A stretch of 64,000 bases of DNA, taken from NCBI GenBank assembly GCA_965112735.1, contig OZ218960.1:2728001-2792000 (forward strand). Reading direction: 5' to 3'. A model generated the notes under the pieces. It was not told the DNA's origin, made no database searches, and saw nothing but the letters and a program-made list of their open reading frames with translations. This DNA comes from Phaeosaccion multiseriatum (Eukaryota > Protista > Ochrophyta, other classes). Of the stretch, positions 34,643-47,253 are shown piece after piece (the stretch's first letter is position 1; every line of letters begins with the position of its first letter). A program made the translations under genes and the position numbers.

Positions 34643-35911
34643 ATGCGCGCTTTCCTCGCTACACTCCTCCTGGCGTCATGCCTCGCCGCCCCAGGCCTCT
34701 CCCTCGAGCAGGCGGATGACCGTGAGCTCGCCGGGAGTAGAAGCAAGAGCAGCAGCGGCTCCTCTGGCAGCGGGAGCTACCCCGCGTACTTCCCGAAGGG
34801 CTTCGGCGGCTCCTCCGGGAGCAGGGGCGGCTCATCGTCCTCATCCTCGGGCTCCTCCTCGGGATCGCATGGAGGCATCTACCCCGTCCACGGCGGCAAG
34901 CACCTGGACTATGACGATATCAAGCTCCACCCCCGCTGGATCAAGGATGACCACGGCAAGTGGCTCTACAAAGTCCCGGTAAGCAAGAGCACTGAAGAGT
35001 TTGGCCTTCTCAAGCAACGTTGATCAATCACTGAGCGAAGTACTAACTAGTTCCTCGCCTGTCCCATGGCTCGACTTTTCAAGGAGCCCAAGTGGCACGA
35101 GGAGTACGTGTTCGAAGACCCGGACCACACTTGCACGGTGAGTGAGTGAGTGAGCATGAGTGAGCGAGCGAGTGATTAAGACAGAGCATCCAGACTGCAT
35201 TTGCACCGGCCTTGAGACTCAGCGACCCCTTCTGCGACCCCCCTCCCCCGCTTGCTCGCTCGCCAGCATTACTGCAAGCAGAAGGACTTCCCCATGTACG
35301 GCATGGACTACTGCCACAGCTACTTGCCCTACTACAAGGACTACTGCATGGACTACTACCACCCCTACTACCACCCCTGGACATTCTCAAAGGGCCCCTA
35401 CGGAAGGTCATCCTCCGGCTCGTCCTCCAGCGGCGGCTCTTCCTCCTCGTCTTCGTCCTCCAGCGGCGACCATAACCGCGAGCTGTGCGGCACGGAGTGC
35501 TTCCCCGAGGAGGACAGCCCCGGGCGCCACCTGCTGACCGAAGAGGGCGAGGCCTTCCACCGCGAGACGGGCGAGTGCCCTCCTTGCCCCGCCCGCAAGC
35601 TCACCACCTCCTCCTCCTCCGGCGACTCCTCTGGGTCATCCTTCTCCTCGGGCTCTGGTTCAGGCTCCTTCTCTGGCCATGGCTCGTCTTCTGGCAGCGG
35701 CTCGTCGTCCAGCTCGTCCAGCGGCAGCAGCCCCTTCTACCGCTACTGGGAGCCCAAGTGGCCCGAGAAGGAGAACATGTACTGCCACTTCTACTACTCC
35801 ATCTGCGGCCAGACTGTGGCGTATCACCTCAGTGGTAGCTACGGCTCCTCCTCGTCCTCGTCCTCCGGCAGCAGCGGCAGCAGCAGCTCCTCCTCTGGCT
35901 CGTCCCACTAG
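34643..35911 (+). CDS. Secreted Ser/Gly-rich, Tyr/His/Cys-rich precursor with RXL motifs (silaffin/cingulin-like architecture), 3 exons: 34643-34978, 35084-35137, 35267-35911
   Basis: Signal peptide MRAFLATLLLASCLAAPGLS. In-phase GT-AG introns (TACTAAC branch site at 35041). RXL sites DDREL, HNREL, GRHL and ARKL. Alternating poly-Ser and aromatic blocks; EPKW occurs twice. Confidence 0.8.
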
Positions 35912-36197
35912 AGCTCAGGCCGCGCATTTGGCGCTGGCTTTCGCTAGCTCTCTATCCATGACTATATCTATCAATACATGACCAAACGAACCTTTCATTG
36001 AAACTTCCTATACCCCTCACGCCTCCATTCTGTGCGTGTGGGTGTGTATAATACCTCTGTGCGAGCTCACCAGTCGAGAGCGACACCCCTCGAGTTTTGA
36101 AGTGCGAGTGTGGGGCTCCTGTGGGCCTCGGGGAGAGAACGCGAGAGGCGAAGAGTGATGGAGTCGGAGAGCACAGGAACCCCGAGGTAGGTGGAGA
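35901..36197 (+). repeat. ~300-bp direct repeat, copy 1 (last codons and 3' flank of the RXL gene)
   Basis: Near-identical to 38235-38536. Confidence 0.95.
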
Positions 36198-36540
36198 AAA
36201 ATAGTCAACAAGCGGCATGTAAACTTCGTAGTCCGAGCGAGGCCGGCCCTTTGGTGCTTCACTCCGTTCGAAGATGTGTATTCCTGGCAGACGCCAGTGA
36301 TTGTAAATAGTTAATCAGACTAGCTAGACAAGTGCTCTAAAGATTAACCCGAGAGCAAGCCTGCTGGCGGCCCTGTCCTTACACACCAGGCTCTGAAGGA
36401 GGAGCCCGAGCTCCTGACGTGCGGTTCGCGTGCCCACCGGCGGGACAGATCACAATGGCATCCCCACACAACACGAAGCAGCAAACGGCAGGAGGTGTGG
36501 GTGGTATAGGCCTCTCTTATAGGTGTGACAGACGTGCAGT

Positions 36541-37169
36541 TCACGCAGTGAGTGAGCTTGCTGATGCCCCATGGGAGAGTGCCGTGCCATCAGACACAGA
36601 TGATATAGACGACGGACGAGAGTGCAGGTCCGAGCCGCTGCTGCTACTACTATTGCTCCTCCTCCGCCTTCTCCTTCTGAGTGGAATTGTGTCTGTGTCT
36701 GTCACGGCTGGTGGTGCGTCACGCGTGCCTCCCAATTTTACTCCTCCGGTCATCGACACTGCAGAAGCAGAGGCAGAAGTAGAGGTAGAAGCAGGGTCAG
36801 AAGCACCAACACCAACGATGGTTTTTGTGACAGCCGCCGACCCAATCGAAGCACCAACACCCTCACATCGAGGCGCGAGCACCACCAGCGACTTGGCTAC
36901 CCTGCGCAAGGTTGTCGTCGGGCTGGGCTCACCGGTGGCAGTTTCATGGCCCCCATGGAGAGGCCTCCTCGTACGGCTCTGAGGTCGAGCTCCAACTCTA
37001 GCAAGCAGCTGCTGCTGTATCACCAAATCCTCCTGCTGCTGCTCCTGCCTCTGACGCGGCTGCCCTCCTCTATGGGTGGAGATCTGTGAATCCACTGCTG
37101 GCATCTGTGACTCCACTGCTGGCCTTGGCATATACATGCCCTCCTCTTCTTCTTGTTGTCCTCCTCTTC

Positions 37170-37209
<40 letters not shown>

Positions 37210-37842
37210 GTCACCAACTCCTGCTGCTGCTGTATCACCAAGTGCTGCCGCTGCTGCTGCTGTATCACCAACTGCTGCTTTGTCATCAGCTGCTGCGATG
37301 TCACCAACTGGTGCTCTATCATCAAGTGCTGCTGTTGCTGCTGCTGCTGTTGCTGTTGTATCATGAACTGCTGCTGCATCGGCAACTGCTGCTGTATCAC
37401 CAACTGCTGTAGCACACAGAAGAGTAGCGGGTCTGGAGGTGGGCACGGCGAGGCTATCATTGGCTCCTTCGCACGCCTCCTCTCCCTCGTCATGCTCCTT
37501 GCCCATCGAAACGGCTCCCCCTCGTGACGAAGGCAAATCCCGTTCCTCCTGATCCTCTTCTTCCTGCTGCTGCTGCTGCTCCTCGTCCTCCTCCTCCTTC
37601 ACCACATTCGCTTCCTCCTCCCCCTCCTCTTGCTTCTTTTTCGCCAACTGCTGCTCCTCCTCCTCCTCCTCCTCCTCGTCCTCTTCCTCCTCCTGATGCT
37701 GCTGGCAGTCGGAAGCTCGACATTGTTCTCTCATTGGCGAAGGCGTAGGTGGTCGACATATGAAGCCTTCAAGGGAGTCTGCGTCCAAGTCATCGTCGGT
37801 GCCTTCCTCCTCTTTCACTTCCTCCTCATCTTCCTCCACCAT
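36541..37842 (-). CDS. Low-complexity acidic/Ala-rich hypothetical protein, possibly 5'-truncated
   Basis: 433-aa ORF. The frame stays open upstream through ~115 GAG codons until a TAG at the duplication junction (~38224). Contains tandem AVGDTAA units. Confidence 0.4.
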
Positions 37843-37847
37843 ACTAT

Positions 37848-38216
37848 TCTCCTCCTCCTCCTCCTCCTTCTCCTCCTCCTCCTCCTCCTCCTCCTCCTCC
37901 TCCTCCTCCTCCTCCTCCTCCTCCTCCTCCTCCTCCTCCTCCTCCTCCTCCTCCTCCTCCTCCTCCTCCTCCTCCTCCTCCTCCTCCTCCTCCTCCTCCT
38001 CCTCCTCCTCCTCCTCCTCCTCCTCCTCCTCCTCCTCCTCCTCCTCCTCCTCCTCCTCCTCCTCCTCCTCCTCCTCCTCCTCCTCCTCCTCCTCCTCCTC
38101 CTCCTCCTCCTCCTCCTCCTCCTCCTCCTCCTCCTCCTCCTCCTCCTCCTCCTCCTCCTCCTCCTCCTCCTCCTCCTCCTCCTCCTCCTCCTCCTCCTCC
38201 TCCTCCTCCTCCTCCT
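37848..38216. repeat. (CCT)n microsatellite, about 120 units
   Basis: Directly visible, almost perfect. Confidence 0.95.
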
Positions 38217-38234
38217 CGAGCGACTAGAGGAGCC

Positions 38235-38536
38235 CGTCCCACTAGAGCTCAGGCCGCGCATTTGGCGCTGGCTTTCGCTAGCTCTCTATCCATGACTATA
38301 TCTATCAATACATGACCAAACGAACCTTTCAGTTCTCTGACACTTCCTATACCCCTCACGCCTCCATTCCGTGCGTGTGGGTGTGTATAATACCTCTGTG
38401 CGAGCTCACCAGTCGAGAGCGACACCCCTCGAGTTTTGAAGTGCGAGTGTGGGGCTCCTGTGGGCCTCGGGGAGAGAACGGGAGAGGCGAAGAGTGATGG
38501 AGTCGGAGAGCACAGGAAGCCCGAGGTAGGTGGAGA
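38235..38536 (+). repeat. ~300-bp direct repeat, copy 2
   Basis: Near-identical to 35901-36197, with one small indel and a few substitutions. Confidence 0.95.
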
Positions 38537-38704
38537 GATACCAAGCCGTCATCACTCTCGTCACTCGTCGATGAAGCTTCCGGCATACGAGCAGAGCAAC
38601 AGGGTGGCTCTCTCGTGGAAGCCTGTTTCGGTGGCCTGAAAAGACAATCATCCGCCCTGCCTGCCCTGGCCTTCGCGCTCCGTGTATGGCGTGCGTATCT
38701 GTGT

Positions 38705-38815
<111 letters not shown>

Positions 38816-39440
38816 CGTGCGTGTGTATGCGCGTATGCTTGTGTTCGTGCGCGTACTGTGTGCGTGTGTGCGCAGAGTGAGTCCTTCGCGACCAAGGACA
38901 TCCCACAATCGCAATGCATGTCCAAGAGGAGAGGCCGATGGTCTATTAATGCAGTCTCCTCTATGTACCGTATCGCCAAATAGACGCCTGACCTCGCCGC
39001 AGCTCTGAGTCGTCGCTCCACTTTCGCGACCATCCGTGGCCTTGTGCTATTGTGTACAAATTCCCCGCCAGAGCTATTACGTGTACAGAACGATGCTCTA
39101 TCCACCCCCCGAGTGTACAAACTGCCTACTTTTCGAAGAAAGAGCGAGAGAGAGGTGGCCACAAACGGGTAGAGGCTACTAGTAGAGGGTGGATATCGAA
39201 TCCCCTACTGCAGTCAGGTCCAACACAGGGCGCGAAGTGACATGAAGAGGACTAGAGTGGACTGTTGCAGTGCACTGCTGGAGTGAGTACTTGCTCCGAG
39301 TCGGTCCGAGCCGCAGCTTCAGTGGAGCGTCAATCTCCAACCCTGAAGTGCTCCTGCTGCTAACCTTTGACCCGTATACCTGGCTGCAGGCCCCGCTCCG
39401 CATAGCTCGGCACCCCTTCGTCGCCCTCAGCGTACTACTA

Positions 39441-42400
39441 CTACGGATGCGGCATGCATGGTGTAAGGCGGTAGGTACCCCCCCGGGTCGTGGTGGCGGT
39501 GACCCATCGCCCTTCTTGAGGGGCCTCAGGAAGCGAGGTGCCCTCAGCTCCTACGCGATCAGACAGGAGGTTCTGTTGAGTGGGGGAGCGCTTCGGCGCG
39601 CGCTGCCCGGGGGGAGGGCCCCGCACCACCCTGACCCCCACCCCCTCCTGCCCTCCTGTCACTGGCGGAGACCCTCGCTGGACCCGGTGCCTGGCTAGAG
39701 CCCTCTCCCACGCCTGGGGTCGGGACGCAATCGCCTTCAAGGCGGCCTCCTCAACCTTCTTTGGCCCGATCCTGATGGGCGGGGGCAGCACACCGGGGCC
39801 CAAGGGCCTTCTGGGAAAGGTCGCCAAGCTGCTCAGACAAGAGGCTTCTGCTGCTGCGGCGGCGGCGGCGGCGGCGGCGCCTGCCCTGCCGCTGCTCTTC
39901 GCTTCTCGTCCTCGGGGTCGAAGCGGCGTTCCCAGGGGTGGGTCTGATGCTGAAGAAGAGCTCAAGCTCCTGGGCCTTTCTGTATCACCAACTGTTGTGC
40001 TGGGCGCCTCCTCCTCCGGCTCGTGGAGAGAGCACGCTATGGCCAGCTCCATAAGCACGTCCTCCTCCTCCTCCTCGTCCTCCTCCTCGTCCTCCTCCTC
40101 CTCGTCCTCCTTCTCGCCGAACGCTTGATCTGCTTCAGAGTCGGGAGGCCGGGAACGGACAGGAGGGTGTGTGGCACTGCCTCGGAGCCGAGGAGGCGCC
40201 TCGACCTTCGCTCCGCGGTGTTTCCCCTCCGCAAACTCTGCCAATCGCCAAAGACGGGGGAGGGAGGGGTGGACAGGGCGAAAGGGGGAGATGGCAATCG
40301 ATGGAGGCGGCGCGAGCGAGAGAGGGCATATGGAGAGGCTGGAGTAAGTCGGCAGTCCGTCGGCAAGTGAGGCAGGACGGCTGTTGGCGAGCTAGTCCAG
40401 GGTGGGGATAAGGTTCGCGGCGGCACGGGTGAGCTCAGCATCCCGGGGGGCGCCCAATCTCCCCCGCCAGAGCAGCCCAGCAATCAGTCAGGCAGTCGTT
40501 TGCACCCCTACGCGTCAAGCAGTCGAGTTGACCCTCATGCGCCGCTGTTGTCTGAGTCGCAGTGAACGATAGGCGCATCACCCACACACGCACGCACCTC
40601 TCAGCATGATTTCGATGTCCGTGTGGTCAGACAGGGTGGCCAAGTCGATGCTGTTGTAGCCTTTGGCGTCCTCGCTAAGCACGTCCGCCCCAGCCCTCAG
40701 CAATACGCCCACGCACCGCACGGCCCCGTTGAGCACGGCAATGTGCAGTGGGGTGGAGGGCGTGCCCCCACGGGTCCTCTGCGTGATGTCCGCCCCCTTG
40801 TCGATGAGCCAGCAGGCCCGTGGGTATCGCGCGTCGTTCGCACACGCCCAGTCGAGGGCCTGTGGATGGGTGGGCACAAGGGAGCGAGACTTGAGCAGGG
40901 TAGAGCTGGGCTGGGCTACCATTGTAGCTGGGCTACCATTGTAGGGGGCTAGGGCCAGGTCAGACCAACGAAGGAATGAAAGACGGGCCGGAGGTGGTGG
41001 AGCATACTTTGGCTCACGTAGCTGGGAGTAGCAGGCAAAGGCCCCGGGGGGGGTGAAGCTCAACGGGACAAGAGATGCACGCACGCGCGCAAACATGTGT
41101 TGGACCTTGTAGACTTCGCCGCCAGCCATGAGGTTCGGACGATACATGCAGTCACACACTCACACACACCCACACACCCACATCCACACATACACACACC
41201 CCCTCACGCGTACCGTGCAAGTGAAAGCGAAACCGTAGTCCCTGAGCAGATCCTTCTTGTCGCGGCACTCAAGCATGAGCTCCAGCACCGCCATCCGACC
41301 CGTCTGCAGCGCGAAGGCGAAGGCGGACAAGTGCTCCTTCCCGTCCTTCCGCGTCACGTCTGCCCCCTCCTCTCCGGGCTTGGTGGGCGCGCGGAGGAGC
41401 ACACGGACAACCTCGTCACCCTTGGCCCGATTCTTGCACATTCGCAGCGCGGTGAGCAGGGGCGTGTACAGGCTGGTGTCTGAGTAGTCTCTGGCGTTGG
41501 GGCGGGCTCCTTTGCTCAGCAGTAGCTCCACGGTGCTAGCGTCCCCGGCCATGCAGCTCGTGTGCAGCGGCGAGCGCCCCTCGGGGAAGTTGATTTGCGC
41601 TCCAGCATGGAGGAGCAGCTGCGCAATGTGGTAGGACGACTTGCCAGCCCGCTCGCATGCCCAATGTAAGGCGGTGGCGTTGGGCGTCAGCTCCTTCGGG
41701 CAGCGCGCGTTGACGTTGGCATTAGCGACGTCGAGGAGGAATCCGACCATGTCCGTGTGGCCGCAGGAGGCGGCCACCATTAGCGGAGTCCTTCGGTCGC
41801 GGAGGGAGAGCGGGTTCGAAAAGAGGAAGCGGTCAAGTGAAGCGAAGCGAAGCAAAGCAAAGCGAAGCAAACGGGGCGTGCGTGTGTCGTCCGAGGTAGA
41901 GCGAGCGCACAGCCGTCCTCGGAGAAGTTGGATGGTGTTAGGCATAGCGGAACTATCTCGGGAAGGAAGCACGCAGCACACCCATTCAAGTGATTGCTTT
42001 GTGATCCTCTTCCGTCTTCGCAGTCTTCTCGCTTCATGCCGGTCTCATCTGCCCCGCCCTCGCATCAAGCCAAGCCTAAAGAGCCCAAAGTTGTCTGCCA
42101 ACTCACTCTCCATATCGAGCAGAAGCAGCGTCGACGTTGGCGCCGCTCGGTATCAGCTGATTTGCAGAGGCGATGTCCCCGCACATCGCTCGGTAGTGTA
42201 GGGCGGTGAGCTTGGTAACAGGCTCCTCGAAGTCCGCCCTCGCCCCACCATGGAGGAGCTGCTGCAGCGACGCTCCGTCGAGGCGCTGTTTGCTGGACTT
42301 GCAGGCGAGGAGCAACTGCTCAGTGACTGCATAACGAGTGTGTGTATAGTGTGGTATGGCCATCGCAGTTTATCATTCAAGGAGGAAAGCAAGAAGTGCA

Positions 42401-42901
42401 AGTGTGGAAGTATGAGCCATGGCGAATTACGCACCAGCAGCCCAGGCAGCGGGGGGGGGTGAGGGGGGGTGAGGTAAGGCGTAGATGATGCACGTGGTGG
42501 GAGGGTCACCACTCCACACAACGCTTCTCTCTCTCGCCACTTACGGGTTTCCCTTTGCGCAATTTGCTTTGCGATAAGAAGTGCAAGTGTGGAAGTATGA
42601 GCCATGGCGAATTACGCACCAGCAGCCCAGGCAGCGGGGGGGGGTGAGGGGGGGTGAGGTAAGGCGTAGATGATGCACGTGGTGGGAGGGTCACCACTCC
42701 ACACAACGCTTCTCTCTCTCGCCACTTACGGGTTTCCCTTTGCGCAATTTGCTTTGCGATTGCTTTCTCGAAGTGCTCTGTAGAACAAGGCCTCTCTGCC
42801 TCTCCTTCCTCTCCTTCCCAATCCCTCGGCTGTTCTCTCGAGCCGCCTGCCGGCGTTGTCAGAGGCCGCCCCCACCGCTGCGCCCACTGCTGCTGTGCCA
42901 T
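39441..42901 (-). CDS. Ankyrin-repeat protein with a C-terminal UIM-like motif, multi-exon; start tentative
   Basis: Ankyrin motifs TALHY…GANVD, TPLMVAASCGHTDMVGFLL…ANVNA, TALHWAC…GAQIN, SPLHTSC…GARPN, TPLLTA…GADV and TPLHIAV…GADV. UIM-like EEDVLMELAIACSLHE in the last exon. Confidence 0.8.
42391..42760. repeat. Perfect 185-bp tandem duplication spanning an exon end and 5' splice site
   Basis: 42391-42575 equals 42576-42760; each copy carries a minus-strand C|GTAAGT donor. Confidence 0.95.
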
Positions 42902-43540
42902 CTGGAGCACGTGACGAAGCCAGTAGCCCTTCCAGGTGCTTCCTATCTCTGCTGGTTTAGATGGGCAAAGGAATGAGCCCCTTGTGAATAGTCCTGACCG
43001 CAGAGAGCGAGGAGGTCCTTTGCATCACAGGAGGTCGGCCAGGCCAGTGCGGTAGTGCGAGATGTGTGTGAAAGGGGGGGCTGCCGATCCGTGTGGTGCC
43101 GCCGCCTTGGGCTGCTGTCATACGTTTATGGGGTCGGGACGCGCCTTTCTCCTCGGGGAACCAACGAAGGCCTAAATTTTTCAGAGGCCTCGCCATTGGT
43201 GATATTTCGAAAGTGTGGGGAACGAGGGTCGAGCCATCGCTTCAAGAACGGCGTGGAGCAGAAGCAGCCAAAGTCGCCGCAAGGCGTCGAGGAGAGGGAG
43301 GCAAATGCAGAGTGGGAGTAGAGGAGGGCCGGCGGAGCGATGGGTGGCATAAGCTGGCGAGTCAGGCTGAGTGAGGCAAGTGGCAGGCATGGTCAACGGT
43401 AGGCAAGCTCGCTCTTGGGTCAATCTTTTACTTCTGCTCGACCTTAGCGAAGAGCAGTACCGGAGCAGAAGCAGCGACCTCAAAAAAAGCTGAGCCCAAT
43501 TGTGTACCACTACTCACTCAATGGCAGCTACCTGCGGAAC

Positions 43541-43969
43541 CGCTTCGGTAGCTGTACCTCATCCCCCAGCCACGGAGCCCTTCCTCTTCATTGCGGCAGG
43601 ACGGTTGCTGGGCCGCTCCTCCCCTTGACTTGCCCTCCCTGCCCACGAGCAGCGGCGGCAGGGTGAGAGGTGGCGCGCGGCTTCCTCGCTCCTCGCTTCT
43701 TACGCTTCCCTCCCCTGTCGGCCCCTGACCTGCGAATGACCTGCGAATGCGCGCATGCATCTTGCGCATGCCCTTCCTTCATCCCTCCTTCGCCTGCTTA
43801 TCACACTCTCCAACGCCGCAGAGCTTCCTCTGTGCCGCGTGGGAGGTGCGCACGCCTCCTTTCCTCCCCTGCTTCAAGGTATCTTGCTCCCTTAAGGGGT
43901 ACTAACAATGAATGCCTGCTTGCCACAGCCCTCTACTTGACAGAGCTTGGGGACGATTTTAGCTCCGTG
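43541..43969 (+). repeat. Dispersed diverged repeat, copy B (homologous to ~32146-32587)
   Basis: Same shared blocks as copy A, same orientation. Confidence 0.85.
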
Positions 43970-44119
43970 CACACACACACACACACATCCACACACACAT
44001 CCACACGCACACGCACACCCACACACACATCCACACACACCCCCACACACAAGCACACACCCATACACCTACCCACACACACACACACCCTCACTCGACC
44101 ACTCATCTGTTCTCTTCAC

Positions 44120-44158
<39 letters not shown>

Positions 44159-44423
44159 GCACTTTCGCACGCACGCACACACAGGCAAAATTCGAATTTC
44201 CAGTCGTGTCCCGTTGACTTAAGGACCCTCTCCTTAGGTATTCGTCCATTTATCCTTGTCACAAGCCACCCGGGTAGCCCAGCAGGCGAAGAACAGGGGC
44301 AGAAAGGGGGAGAGTTGACCTACTGACGGCGGCAGGACGAGGGAGTGAGAAAAAAGGACCGAAGGAAGAGGAGGGAGGGATAAAAGGGGGTGTGGGGGAG
44401 CGGGGAGGAGGGGCGGGGAGCCG

Positions 44424-45335
44424 ATGGCCAGCGCTACCGTGGCCGTCGGGGGGAGCTACAAACATAAGGAGACCACTTTAAAGAACGCTCCCTCGGATGG
44501 CATCTCGGCGGTCCTCTTCGGGAGCAACAGTAACAACTACCTGCTAGCATCGTCGTGGGACTCGGTGAGCGAGTTGAGCAGTTAGGGACGTTGTGGGTAG
44601 GGCAGGGGGTAAGGACGGTGGATTTGTTTATATGTCGTGCACGATTGTATTCAAGCAGATGGAAGCCACCAAAGGACAATCCGTGGCAAGCGGAGTGAGG
44701 GTGGAGACGATGAGAACTCTCTTTTTTCTTCAATTGAGGTGCTTAATCCTTTATTTGCCTTCTTGGTACCAATGCCAAGAAGGGGACCAAGGCGAGGAAT
44801 CCTGTCCTTTCAGCCCCTTTCCGGCTGTAATCTGCCGGCCTTCCTCGGCGTGTCAGATTGGAGTGCTTTTACTAATAGTGTGATCCTGGCCGTGCCCGTC
44901 TCTCCCTCTCCCTCTCCGTCTCTTCCTTCCCATCTCTCTCCCTTTTTGTGCACGTGTGTGTGTGTTTGTAACAGACGCTGCGGCTGTACGATGCGGTGAA
45001 CAACGAAGCCAAGGGCACCTTTACCGGCAAAGCGGCCCTGCTGGACTGCTGCTTCCACGGTGATACCAAGGCCTTCACGGGCGGGCTCGACAAAACAGTC
45101 AAATCGTAAGTACACCCATCTACCCGTCGTATGCCTCTCATACAGTATACATCTCCCTTTGCTGCTATGGAGACGTGCGTAGAGCAGACCCTTGCTGGAG
45201 GGGGCAGTAGGGAAGTGCTCAGTTCTTCCTTAGCCGGCCCAGGATAGGTAGGCCAGTCAGTGCCCATGGGAGAGGGGGCGGTTGGGAATGTTTTTTTTGC
45301 AGGTGGCCGCCAAAGCAGTCAGTAAGAGGCAGCCA

Positions 45336-45386
<51 letters not shown>

Positions 45387-47253
45387 GCGTGTGCGTGTGT
45401 GTGTCACATAGCGCGCCCCCTCTCGACGTCAGCAAGTCTGTCCAAGTCAAATCAAAGTCAGATGAAGTCGAAATTTTGATCATGTGATGATACCTTAAGC
45501 TAAACAAACACTCCCTCTCCTCTTGCTTGACCTCCGTACTGTTACCACCCCCGTCCAACAGGGTGGACTTTGCGGTAACAAGTGCAGACACAGGCGTGCA
45601 AGAGACGGTACTGGGCAGCCATGCTGCAGCCGTCAAGGCGGTGTGTTGGGCGGCGGAGAGCAGTCAGCTCTTCTCAGGGTCGTGGGATAGCACAGTCATG
45701 GTAAGAGCGCGGAGAGGAGGAGGAGGAGGAGCCGAGCGAGTTGGCAGCGAAGACAAGCCTTCATACGTGTATTGCCTGGTACGGCCTGCGCCACTGTGTC
45801 TCTCTTCTCACTCCACCTCGCCCCTGCCCCACTCTTCCCTACCCTTCACCGCCCTTCATCCCCCACCCTCCAACATCCAACCACTTCCACCCACACCCAA
45901 CACAACAAAGGCGTGGGATCCCCGGGCCCAGGTGGCCTTGACGCAAACAATGGACCTGCCCGGTAAGGTATTCTCAATGTCCACCGCTGGCACCAAGCTC
46001 GTTGTGGCCACATCGAAACGGCAAGTGGTTGTCTATGACACTCGCCAGTTGAAGGAGCCGCTGCAGAGGAGAGAGAGCAGCCTCAAATATCAGACGCGGT
46101 GTGTGCGTGCCTTCCCCGACGGGACGGGATACGTTCTGAGCTCCATTGAGGGACGGGTGGCGGTGGAGTACATTGACATGTCGCCGCAGGTTAGTGAGAA
46201 GGATGGCAGCGGAGGGCAAGGGGAGGGAGGGCAGATGGCAGCGGAGGGCAGCAGTTCGGTGCTTCATGCGTGGTGTGACATACATCTCTCCTCCCCTCCG
46301 TCCCCTCCCCTCCGTTCTGTCTACTCCAGGCACAAGCCTCCAAGTACGCCTTCAAGTGCCATCGCCAGGGCGAGACGGTGTACCCGGTCAACGCCATGGC
46401 CTTCCACCCCACCCACGGAACCTTCGCCACAGGGGGATGCGACAACGTCGTCAACATTTGGGATGGGCAGAACAAGAAGCGACTCAGCACCTTCACAGGG
46501 TACCCCTCAGGGTACGTGAGGGAGGGTATAGGGGGGGGGGGGGGGGGTTGGGGGGTGGGTGGATGGGTGGGTAAGTGAGTGAGTGGGTGGGTAAGTGAGT
46601 GAGTCAGTGAGTGAGTCAATAAATGAGTGAGTGAATTTCTTTGTGCTGTGGATGTGTGCGCGCGCGTATGGGAGGCTTTTTCGGTGGATCTCTTCACGCC
46701 CTCAGCGGCACCAGCAGCCGCCCTCTTTTTTCTTTTTTGTCTTGTTGTCCTGTAATTTGTCCGTGTCCTTTCCGCCGTTCGCTCTCCTCTCCTCCTCCTC
46801 TTCCTTTGCCTCGCCCCCACCTCGCCCACAGCCTTCTTCCCCTGCCTCCTTCCCACTCACTACCCACTAACCCAATCCTTCTCCTCCCCACCTGCTCACG
46901 AATGGAATCCTTCTTCCCTCCTCCCGCGCGACAACCCAACTTCTTGCCGCGTGTCTTCCTCACCCTCCTCCTCCTTCTCTTCCTTCTCCCCCTCCCCCTT
47001 CTTCTCCTTCTCCCTTCCTTCCCCCCTTCCCCTCCTCCTCCTCCTCCTCCTCCTCCTCCTCCCCCTCCTCCCCTCCTTCTTCCTCTTACGTATTAGCATT
47101 TCCTCCCTGGCCTTCAACTACGATGGTACGCTGCTGGCGGTGGCCTCGTCCTACACGTTCGAAGAGGGCGAAAAGGACCACTCAGAGGACCAAATCTTCA
47201 TTCGAGAAATCAACGACAGTGAAGTGCGCAAGAGGGCAAGGAAAGCAGCGTAA
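44424..47253 (+). CDS. BUB3: Mitotic checkpoint WD40 protein BUB3, 6 exons
   Basis: [11 protein letters not shown]…LLASSWDS|TLRLYD…LLDCCF…FTGGLD; [36 protein letters not shown]; KYAFKCHR…[21 protein letters not shown]…WDGQNKKRL; [26 protein letters not shown]. Confidence 0.96.

Noticed and set aside
45058-45068. CGGTGATAC in BUB3 as a copy of the 11-mer motif
   Set aside because: Only a partial match, no CAG context, and within ordinary WD40 coding sequence.
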